Assembly (NCBI RefSeq): GCF_035084215.1
Contig: NC_090361.1
Location: 4,030,001-4,094,000, forward strand
DNA length: 64,000 nt
Direction: 5' to 3'
DNA from: Heptranchias perlo
Lineage: Eukaryota
This document shows, in pieces, positions 21,874 through 33,800 of this stretch. The translations under genes and the position numbers were made by a program. A model generated the notes under the pieces. That model ran no database searches, was not told the origin of the DNA, and was given only the letters and a program-made list of their open reading frames with translations. How positions within the stretch are numbered: the stretch's first letter is position 1; each line of letters begins with the position of its first letter.

Positions 21874-24800
21874 GTAAAGGGCGGCTCGCCAACAGTCTAT
21901 AGGGCAGGGTGTTTATTTTTCTTTTGCGTGTTGCAGGAGAAACATCTTTACCCAGAGAGTGGTTAGAGCGTGGAACTCGCCAACACAAGGATTGTTGAGG
22001 CAAATAGCGTGGATACATTTAAGGGGAAGCTAGATAAACACATGAGGGACAAAGGAATAGAAGGATATGCTGATAGGGTGAGTTGAAGTGGGAAGGGAGG
22101 AGGCTCGTGTGGAGCATAAACACCGGCACAGAGCAGTTGGGCCGAATGGCCTGTTTCTGTGCTGTAGTTTCGATGTAATTCGATGTAAGTCTGGGTTACG
22201 CTCGTTTGATATCAAGCCGTCTGCCTGATTAGACTCCGGACTGCCACCGTCCTTAACAAATATTTAATCAATCACTTTGTACTGAGAATGATTGACTGCT
22301 ACTAATAGAATCATACGGCACAGAAGGAGGCCATTTGGCCCATTGTGCCTGTGCCGGCTCTTTGAAAGAGCAATCCAATTAGTCCCACTCCCCCTGCTCT
22401 TTCCCCATAGCCCTGCAATATTTTTCCTTTTCAAGTATTTATCCAATTCCCTTTTGAAAGTTACCATTGAATCTGCTTCCACCGCCCTTTCAGGCAGTGA
22501 ATTCCAGATCATAACAACTCGCTACGCAAAAAAAAATTCTCCTCATTTCTCCTTTGGTTCTTTTGCCAATTATCTTAAATCTGTGCCCTCTGGTTACCGA
22601 CCCTCCTGCCACTGGAAACAGTTTCTCTTTATTTACTCTATCAAAACCCTTCATGATTTTGAACACCTCGATTGAATCTCCCCTTAACCTTCTATGCTTA
22701 TATCATTAAAATGAATGTGATAATGTTAATGATGTTTGTATTTATATTAGTAGCAGTCTGTTCCACTTTGAACAGTTCTCTTCAGATATCGGGTTACTGA
22801 CACACTCCTGGATTCTCTGCCCCAGCTTCAGACTATCCCAGCTTCTTTGCTCCATTGTTCATGGATAATGAAATGGAAAAGAGAGTTAGTTTGAAAGATG
22901 AGCAGCTTCCTCGTCTCACAACACAGCCCCCTTTGGACTGAAAAAAAAGTGCAGGATTTGCAAATGGGGCAAGATTGAAGGCACCACATTTTGGGAAGGA
23001 TATCAAGGCCTGAGAGAGGGCCTTGATGAGAGACGGCATCTCCACATCATGAGAGAGGGTGCAGAGGAGATTTACTGGAATGGTGCCAGGGATGAAAGAT
23101 TTCAGTTACGTGGAGAGACTGGAGAAGCTGGGGTTGTTCTCCTTAGAGCAGAGAAGGTTAAGGGGAGATTTGATAGAGGTGTTCAAAATCATGAAGGGTT
23201 TTGATAAGAGTAAATAAGGAGAAACTGCTTCCAGTGGCAGAAGGGTCAGTAACCAGAGGACACAGATTTAAGGTAATTGGCAAAAGAACCATGAGGAATA
23301 AAGTTTTACGCAGCGAGTTGTTCTGATCTGGAATGCGCTGCCTGAAAGGGTGGTGGAAGCAGATTCAACAGTAACTTTCAAAAGGAAATTGGATAAATAC
23401 TTGAAGAAGAAAAATCTGCAGGGCTACGGGGAAAGAGCAGGGGGAGTGGGACTAATTGGACAGCTCTTTCAGAGAATGGCCTCCTTCTGTGCTGTATCAT
23501 TCTATGATTCTACGATTGCTCTAAAGCGAGTGAGCTGATACAGCACGGGTTCACTTCTCTATCATTTATATAACGACTACTTCTGCATGTTGCTTAGACG
23601 AAGATCACTTCTTTGAATAAGATGTTTAAAGAATATTTACCAAGGATCATAGAAACATTTTGATGTTTTTAAATGAACGATAGTTGAAATATCGCCAGTC
23701 GCCTGTTATTCCTCACTGAGATATTCTATTAATATTTAGTACAAAGAAGAGAATTGAGTAAAAGCCATTTAATGAGGAATCGTAGACAATTAACAGCTTG
23801 GTTAAAAAACATTAATTGGGGGGAGGGGGTCAATGCTATATTGCTGAATAGTCATTTTCTGACAGGAACGAGTTTGTTTTTTGAAGTGCTTCTCACTGAT
23901 ACGGAAGTTTTTTTAAAAAGGAAAAGTTGAGGGACAGCAGGGTCTGAGAGGGAGAAATGAGGCTGGACTTCTGGGTGGTAATCTCGTTTGGTTTTCATCC
24001 CATTCATTTCAAAGGAATGAAAGTCAGCGGGGGGGGGGGCCAGTAAAGGGCGGGAGATCTCCCCGCCAGATTAGTGTCCATGGGCTGAAGGTGGAAATCT
24101 ACCCCAGCAAATTAGTGGACAACACCCCCTAAGCAAAAAAAAAAATCCCCATTTTAGTAAATTTGATGAACTTATCAGCATTTGTTCATTCCCGGTAAAA
24201 GACTGGTACAAGCGTTACTTGAAAAATTTCTATATGGTATAAAATAAAGAATATAGTTTTATCTCACATTTCACTCGCTCCGTCTCAGTAGAAACCCCAA
24301 ATAAGCAGAGACATCAGACTCCCCTCTGTTACTGTGCAGCTCGTGTGTCTCACTGTCTATAGTACATGTCGGTTTAATGGCATCTGATGTCTGTGCTGGA
24401 ACGACATGTACCCTTCTCAGCGGAAAAGCACTTTGTGGCTTCTTCTCGTGTCAATCCGATGAATAGTGAGAACTATGGAGCTGTAAAACATATATTCTTG
24501 ATCCCCATGACTTAACGCTTGAAGCTTGGAGATATAAATTCAAACTTCACGTAGTTGTGTGGAGAAATAGAGAGATTGATCTATATGTTGAGGGATTGAT
24601 TTCTGGATGCAGTTACAAATGGTCTAAGGGCACGGTTGCTTGACCGTGGGTGTGAGACCCTGAAGCAGCTAGGCAAACGGGCAGACCATTATGGAAACTC
24701 AAGAGCGTCAGGATCTCGATGGTCGACTGTGCAGTCAGATTGTTCCCGTCAACCTGGTGTGTCTCCACAGCCCCAGAAGCAACAGAGTAAGGAAGTCATG

Positions 24801-27800
24801 GGGTGATACTAGAGAGTTCAGGTGCTCTCACTGTAACAGGGGTACAGGATGAACGACTGCTCATCCAGGTGTGTGGGGGGGGGTGCAGGTACTGATCTGA
24901 AAGACCCGGCTATAAGACATGAGACCGCAGAGTAAGCAATGACGCCCAATGTGAGGAAGGCGACTCATTCGTATGCCCAGTCTTAATAACTAAAGTACCT
25001 ACGGAAAGATTATGTGACACTGGACGCACCCCAACAATGGTACAATGACACTTCCTGCAAGATGACCAATAATTCGAGGGTGGGATGGCTGCATTCATGG
25101 TCTGCCCTCTCAGATGGACGTAAAAGTTCCCATGGCACTGGGGGTAATTCCACAATCTCTTACATTTTCCGTCATCTTTTACGTTGGTTCAAGATTCAAT
25201 TCGCCCGAGTCAGGCCCCGCCCACAAACCTGGCCACGCCTCCCAGGTCGGAATTGCGAGATTCCGCAGATTGTGCTGGATCCTGAAGGGTGTTCAAATTG
25301 GGCTCATTTTCTTAAACGCACAGGCACTAGTCGACGTGTTTTAAAAGCTTTTTCACATCAAAAAATATTTAATTTACTAAGAAACTGACTAGTGTACACC
25401 AATGAAAGTAGTAAATGGTTCGGTAGTTTTTTAAATCATTTTCAGTGATTTTAAATCAGGTTACTCACAGGTGGAGAACTTAACCGTTATTAAAAATGTT
25501 TAAGGGAAAGTAAGCTGTGAGGAGGACGCAAAGAGGCTGCAAAAGGATTTAGACAGGTTAAGCGAGTGGGCGAGAAGGTGGCAGATGGAGTATAATGTGG
25601 GGAAATGTGAAATTATCCACTTTGATAGGAAGACTAGAAAAACAGAATATTTTTTAAAAGGTGAGAGACTAAGAACTGTTGACAGTCAGAGGGATTTGGG
25701 TGTCTTTGTACACGAATCACGGAAAGTGAACATGCAGGTACAGCAAGCAATTAGGAAGGCAAATGGTATGTTGGCCTTTATTGCAAGAGGGTTGGAGTAC
25801 AAGAGTAAGGAAGTCTTGCTGCAATTGTACAGGGCTTTGGTGAGACCTCACCTGGAGTACTGTGTACAGTTCTGGTCTCCTTACCTACGGAAGGATATAC
25901 TCGCCTTAGATGAGGCACAACGAAGGTTCACTAGATTGATTCCTGGGATGAGAGGGTTGTCCTATGAGGAGAGATTGAGTAGAATGGGCCTATTCTCTCT
26001 GGAGTTTAGAAGAATGAGAGGTGATCTTATTGAAATGTATAAAATTCTTAGAGGGCTTGACAGGGTAGATGCTGAGAGGTTATTTCCCCTGGCTGGAGAG
26101 TCTAGAACTAGGGGGAATAGTCACAAGATAATGGGTTGGTCATTTAAGACCGAGATGAGGAAAAAGTTCTTCACTCAGAGGGTTGCGAATCTTTGGAATT
26201 CTCTACCCCAGAGGGCTCAGACTGAGGGATGCTCAGTCATTGAGTATATTCAAGACTGAGATTGATGGATATTTGAACACTAAGGGAATCAAGGGATATG
26301 GGGATCGGGCAGGAAAGTGGAGTTGAGGTAGAATATCAGTCATGATCCTATTTAATGGCAAAGCAGGTTCGAGGGGCCAGGTGGTCTGCCCCTGCTCCTA
26401 TTTCTTATGTTCTTATTAAAAAGGCTTATTTTTGCTCATCAACCCATTTTCAGCTGAATTAATAAAACTGCACCAGGTCATCCCTGTTAAATACATCAAG
26501 GAATACTTTTAAATGGAAAGAAAAAAAAGGAACGATTATGTTGTGTTACGCTGCCCGACTGCGCAGGTTCATGGAAGATTTTAACGTCTGTGATTATGCA
26601 AATGAATTTTAGCGGAAAATTGAAGTGTAACCAAACCAGTGCAATTGGGCGCAATTTCCCAAAAGCGCCCAAAGCGGAAACCCGACCTCAAGGGGGCTAT
26701 TTCTGGGCCCCCAGGCCTCCAGTAAACAGCTGAACTGACCGTGAACACTGGCCAGAGACATTACCGTAGGCCCAACTCTCCAATCCGTGCTCCCTGGGTG
26801 CGTGGCTCCCTGTTGGGAGTGGGGATTGTGGAATTACCCCTAATCTTTATTGAGCTGCAGGTAACTGCTTATCGAACTTGTTTTTTTTAAGGTTGTGGAG
26901 GAAAGCTTTCATGTGGAGGATGGCCCGTTGTATATGGAAAACCTTTTGTCATCTTCCTGATTCTGGGAATCCCTTTCTTCGTGATTCTGGTTCTTCTCAT
27001 TGTTGGCCTTTCAAACGGTAAGTACTTCATGCTAACGAGACAGAAATTGCCTGTGACTGACACATAAGGACGATGGAATGAAAATTAGGTGGGTTCTACA
27101 ACAGGTTTTACCATTTGGTTGGTGCCATTCTCAATTCTATGGGGTACAATGTCCGCGGACGATCTCCCGATCTCCTGCCGAAGGTTCGACGGAAATCCCG
27201 GACAAATGGCCACTGACGCCGTTTCTCTCTGGATCTTCTGCCAAAATTAAGGAGAGGATCAGGAGAATACTGCGCAAGTTCTACCCATATGTGTATGGAA
27301 AGAAAGAAGGAACTTGCATTTCTATAGCGCCTTTCACGACCTCAGGACGTCCCAAAGCGTTTTACAGCCAATTTTGAAGTGCAGTCACAGTTGTAATGTA
27401 GGAAACGAGGCAGTCAAGTTGAGCACAGCAAGATCCCACAAACAGCAATAGGATAATGACCAGATAATCTGTTTTTTTTAGGATGTTGGTTAGGGATAAT
27501 ATTGGCCGGGACACCAGGGAGAACTCTCTTGTTCTTCTTCTTCGAGAGTGCTGTGGGATCTTTTACGACCACCTGAGACCTCAGTTCTCATCCAAGAAAC
27601 AGCGCCTACCAACAGTGCAGCACCCCCTCAGTACTGCACTGGGAGTATCAGTCTGGATTCCATGCTCAAGTCTCTGGAGTGGGACTATGAACTCACGACC
27701 TTCGTGACTCAAAGGCAAGAGTGCTACCCGCTGAGCCACAGCTAACACCATAATAATGTATTATGCCGTAAGCCTGTGTCTTACATTGGAGGTGGATACT

Positions 27801-30800
27801 TCCCATTCAAGAGCTCCATATGGCTCAATAGGAAATCTAACAGCCATATGTTAAAATTGGATAGCCATGTGGTGAAGGATAGAACACTAGAGCCTGGCAT
27901 TTAGTTGCTTCCAACCTTTATTCACAGAGATTCCCTCTCCTATAAAAAGGATACAAGAGAGCCCCAGTTGTTAACCACCACCTGAATACAATTAACACTC
28001 GCTGATATAAATCATACAATTCACACCATATAGGCTTAAAGATCCATTCGTGGCCTGGGCTGAATGAGCTGACCTCAGCCTCAGTGGCAGTTGGGAAACT
28101 ACAATTTGGCTCGACGCTCCGGGAATAAAAAGTATCAGTCAGGTATCCCACAATCCAGAGACTCCAGCTGCAGAATGTGGATGTCAAGTGATAACAGAGC
28201 ATGGCCTGATTCCCTCCATGGCCGAATAGTTTGCTGTCTTGGCTCACACGTGAACTTTAGGCACTGGTGCAAGGAACTGAAGTATGAATTGGGTCCCCGT
28301 GAACCCTATCCCAGCGTGAGTCAGCGTCCCGGGGTGGGCGGGGGGGGGGGGGAGGTTGGGAGAACAAAAGAATCCCACCCAAATGACACTGTTTTCATAT
28401 AAAGACTACGGGGGGGTCATTTTCAACAGTATCCTGGCGGAGCAGATTGCCCCCACTACACCCCCACTTTAAGAAGCTCCCGGTTTTCATTCCATTGAAA
28501 TCAGCAGCCAAGTTACTGCCCAAGCAGTGATGTTGAAAATGACCCTTTCTGAGTCCCAACTGTACACTGAAGTTATTCTTGCATAATCCAAAAGTAGTTG
28601 CTGCTAGAGCACAAAGAATCTTACAGCATAGAAGGAGGCCATTCAGCCCATCGTGCCTGTGCTGGCTCTTTGAAAGAGCTATCCAATCAGTCCCACTCCC
28701 CCTGCTCTTATCCCCATCGTCCTGCACATTTCTCCTTTTTAACTATATGTCCAATTCCCTCTTTTTTAGCAATTTGATCAGTTGGATTTTGGTAGTTATG
28801 GACTGTCGGTAGTTTTATCTCAATTATTTAGTGAATGGGGATGGTTTTTGATTGGAAATCTTTTAGTTCATGGAATATTTGAGCCAATCACCATAGTTTA
28901 CCTAACAGATAGTTGACTATAATTCATGGCTTTTTTTTTTATCAATACGAGATGGAGCCATTCAGGACTTATTAATATACGGACACCTTTCCACACTCCT
29001 CGGAGACTTTCCAATGTCCCATAAGATATGTAATTATTTCGGTAGAAGTACTAGGGCAAACTATCTCGCCACAACATACAGTGACATAAGGCTGAAAAAC
29101 TTAACAAAACCAACCCTTTAAGAAAACGGCTGCCTCAGAGACTTTCATTTTCGATATTCAGTTGCTAGTTATTTGATGATGTTATAAATATTAAATTAGC
29201 TGCTGAAACGCAACTTCCAAAAACTTTATTTTCCCTCAAAAGGAACATTCTGGGGCGTGCCCAGCTGTTGCGTGTGAAAGTTTATTTTCTTCAATGATGG
29301 TTCCAGGTGTTTTTTTGAGATAAGGGACAGTGTAAATATGGTAACTGTTATGAACCGTGACAATTCCTGTGACCATACTTGCAGGATTGCCAAGGTTTAC
29401 AAACAAAATAAGGAGTGAGGTTTGGGTGATGATTACATTTGAAATAAAATCTGATAAACCTAAAAAAAAAAGGTTTGTCACACTTCATGAAAATGGCTGC
29501 CTCAGAGAATTTCATTTTCGATGTTCAGCTGCTATTTATTTGATCACTGAGGTTATCTGTCTTTCAGTCTCAGCGCTAAACAAAGAAATGAACAAATTAA
29601 TGAACGAACTGAAGGGGATTCAAAATAAAAGTAAGTTATTGAAATTATTTTTTTGGTAAGGTTTTTTTTTTGTTGAGTCTCCCAAGCCCTCCACCAATCT
29701 CTCGCCAAGAGGGGAGGGAGTAGAGACAACCTCTCCCTAAGCCTGTGTCTTCTCTATTTTCCCTCCGCCCCTCTTCGTCATTGTGCCTCCCTCCCAATGG
29801 ACTGGCTCCGACTCTGAATTCATCATGTAGATAATTATGAGCATTACACCTTCTTTATAAATTCTATAAGTTTTATTTCTACCGTAAAATTAAAATGGGT
29901 TTTGTTTGTGGCCAAGTTGGTGTCTTAAGAAATAATATGAAGGAGGCTAGTTCTGAGCAGGCTCGAGGGGCCGGATGGCCTACTCCTGCTCCTGTTTCTT
30001 ATGTTCTTATGAGCACCAAGGTTTCACTACCTGCTACACTCCACAACCCTGAAGGTTTTTTGAACACAACCACTGACATCTCAGGGACTAGTAACTCTCA
30101 GCATGATTGATGTCACACAACCACTGAGGTGTCTGACTGCTTATTTGACATCAAGTTACATAGAATTACATAGAGTGTACAGCACAGAAACTGGCCATTT
30201 GGCCAAACTGGTCTGTGTCGATGTTTATGCTCCACACAAGCCTCCTCCCTCCCTACTTCATCTGGCCCGATCAGTTGTGCACTTATCTAGCTTCCCCTTA
30301 AATGTATCTCTGCTATTTGCCTCAGCTACTCCATGTGGTAGTGAGTTCCACATTCTAACCACTCTCTGGGTAAAGAAGTTCCTCCTGAATTCCCTATTGG
30401 ATTTATTGCTGACTATTTTATATTTATGGCTCCTAGTTTTGGACTCCCCACAAGTGGAAACATCTTCTCTACATCTACCCTATTGAATCGCTTCATAGTT
30501 TTAAAGACCTCCATTAGGTCACCCCTCAGCCCATTTAAAATAAACTGGTTAACCTCTGACTAAATAAGTTGTAAATAAGCAAGAACTTTCCTATCCTGTA
30601 CTAAATCCTGCTCGTGTATCACCACTGTGCACAGTAACGTAGAATGGTTCCCAGTCTGCCAACACCTCAAGTTTAAGGATCAAGGATTTGACCATAGTCT
30701 TGTGAAGGATATGAAGCATCTATTTAATTTCTCCACTTTCCTCATTCACCCATCACCCCTGTGCTCGCTGACCTACACTGGCTCTCGGTCCGGCAACCCC

Positions 30801-33800
30801 TCGATTTTAAAATTCTCATCCCTGTTTTCAAATCCCTCCGTGGCCTCGCCCCTCCCTATCTCTGTAACCTCCGAGATCTCTGCGCTCCTCCAATTCTGAC
30901 CTCTTGCGATTTTCTTCACTCCACCATTAGCGGCCGTGCCTTCAGCTGCCTAGGCCTTAAGCTCTGGAATTCCCTCCCTAAACCTCTCTATCTCTCTCTC
31001 CTCCTTTAAGATGCTCCTTAAGTACATTTCTTGGGGGTTACGATTGGCCTCTGTGCCCCGGGGTTGTGTGGGGAGGGGAATATCGGGGGGGAAAAAAATC
31101 AGTCAGGGCTGCTGCACCTAAACTGGCCTAACACTATCGTAGGAGCACCATCAACGCAAGGACCCCAGTGGTTCAAGGAGAAGGCGGCCCACCATCACAG
31201 AGCAGGCTGAGGGGAGATTTAATTGAGGTGTATAAAATTACGATGGGACTAGATAGAGTGGATAGGAAGGACCTAGTTCCCTTAGCAGAGAGGTCAAAGA
31301 CAAGGGGGCATAGATTTAAAGTAATTGGTAGAAGGGTTAGAGGGGAGTTGAGGAGAAATTTTTTCACCCAGAGGGTGGTGGGGGTCTGGAATTCACTGCC
31401 TGAGAGGGTGGGAGAGGCAGAAACCCTTAACTCATTTAAAAAGTACTTGGATGTGCACTTGAAGTGCCGTAACCTACAGGGCTACTGACCAAGTGCTGGA
31501 AAGTGGGATTAGGCTGGATAGCTCTTTATTGGCCAGCACAGACATGATGGGCCGAATGGCCTCCTTCTGTGCCGTAAATTTCTACGATTCTACGATTAAA
31601 ACCTGCCTCTTTGACCAAGCTTTTGGTCACCTGTCCTAATATCTCCTTATGTGGCCCGGTGTCAAATTTTGTTTGACAATCTCTGCCGTGAAGCACCCTG
31701 GGACGTTTTACTATGTTAAAGGCGCTATATAAATGCAAGATGTTGTTGTTGCAGTACGTTTACAGACCGTTAGAAAGTAACAATCTGTAATCTAATGTCA
31801 TCTTTCAGTGCCAGAAATCACACAAAGATGGGAAGAAGTGGCACGGAACTGTACTGGTGATAAAAGTGAGTCACAATTTCTTACAACACACACTGCACAC
31901 TTCAAGATTCATTCATTTAATTTAACATGGAATTATAGGCGGTAAGGTACAAGATTAGGTTGCAATTTCACTGAAAGGTTCAGCTTTCGATACGAACCAT
32001 ATAACCATACGTTTTTTTTTAAACAGACAGTGTTTTGACCCAGGTGTCAGTGTTTTACAAGTCAAATCTACTTTTATCACTGCTGTTGGAGATTGTCAGT
32101 ATTTACCCATCAGATCACTGGTGGGTGGGACTGGCATCCCTCGTCAGACGAGATAGGATGGGTGGCCGGATTGGAATCAATCAGATGTTACCATCTCCCA
32201 TTATCTGTTGTGCACAAACTTGAGGCAGAAAAATGTAAAATGAGCTGATGGCTTCTGAGAGTCTCAGTTACAGATTTGTTTATTTAGTGTTTATAGAATC
32301 ATGCATCACAGGAGGAGGCCATTCAGCCCGTCGTGCCTGTGCTGGCTCTTTGAAAGAGCTATCCAATTAGCCCCACTCCCCATCTCTTATCCTCATAGCC
32401 CTGCAAATTTTTCCTTTTCAAGTATTTATCCAATTCCCTTTTGAAAGTTACTATTGAATCTGCTTCCATCGCCCTTTCAGGCAGCGCATTCCAGATCATA
32501 ACAACTCGCTGCGTAAAAGAAATTCTCCTCATCTCCCCTCTGGCTTTTTTGCAAATTACCTTAAATCTGTGTCCTCTGGTTACCGACCCTCTACCCTCTC
32601 CCTATCTACTCTATCAAAACTCCTCATAATTTTGAACACCTCTATCTCCAAAGAAGTTATAACTATCATAGGAACATAGGAACAGGAGTAGGCCATTCAG
32701 CCCCTCGTGCCTGCCCCGCCATTTGATAAGATCATGGCTGATCTGTGATCTAACTCCATATACCCGCCTTTGGCCCATAAATAAGCTGCTGAAATGCAAT
32801 TTCCAAAAACTTTATTTTCCCTCAAAAGGAACATTCTGGGACGTTCTGTTATCTTATGTGAAAGTTTATTTTATTCAATACTGGTTCCAAGTGGTTTCTT
32901 TTAGTTAAGGGCTTTTTAACTGACAAAATATATAATGTGGGATTATCTTTCAGAAGTGACCAACACAAAGCAAACTACGGAAAGGCTAACAGGACGTTCA
33001 ACTGCAAAGCAAGACCGTACGTACCTTCAAAAAAACCTTTTATAAAAACAAGCTGGATTAATTTTCTCCTCCCATCTCCTGAATTCAGCTTCTTTGTGTT
33101 TCCTTCAGTCTGGAGTCTAATCCGGTTAGGTAAGGGAGATAGGAAGGTTTGGAGGTATCGCGTGTTCAAAGCCCTTACCCAACCCTTCAAGATCAAATGA
33201 TATCTACTCCTTTACATGCTTTTACAATTTTGCAGGTTACTTCTCTCTGGTAGACCTGGTATTTGACATCACTGCTCCCCTGCTGAGCTCCTCCATTTGG
33301 ATCAGCCAGCATGCTTCCCACAGCAACTCCATTGACTTCACTGGGAGCAACCACTTCAAACCAGTGAGGTGGGGGGAGGTGATCTGCAACCATATGACTG
33401 CAAGAAATTGTTAATCACTGGGTACTGTTGGGAGTTTCATTTTTATACGTTTAACACCAATGAAAATAACATGTGATCATCTTTCACTTCAGCAACATCG
33501 CAAGTTAAAGCGACAACACTGGGGCCTTCAACATTCATGACAACCTGTAAGTTTCTTAAAATAAACGTTCTTACGTTAAAGAGTTTTAATCACTTTTAGC
33601 CTCGTTGTATTCTCTCTTTTTGCACTTCCACCTCCATGTTATTCTCTCCACTCTGCTAAATGGGCGAGTAGAATTATAGAAGTTTACAGCACAGAAGGAG
33701 GCCATTCGGCCCATCGTGTCGGTGCTGACTCTTTGCTAGAACCATCCAAAATGAATCCCACTGCCCTGATGTCTCTCCTGGACATTAAAGTCATATTTAT

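Noticed and set aside
22786-22950. Acceptor-like site and short ORF MDNEMEKR... as a lectin exon or alternative start
   Set aside because: There is a stop in the phase-1 frame, and the plausible donor is phase 0, incompatible with the TM exon.
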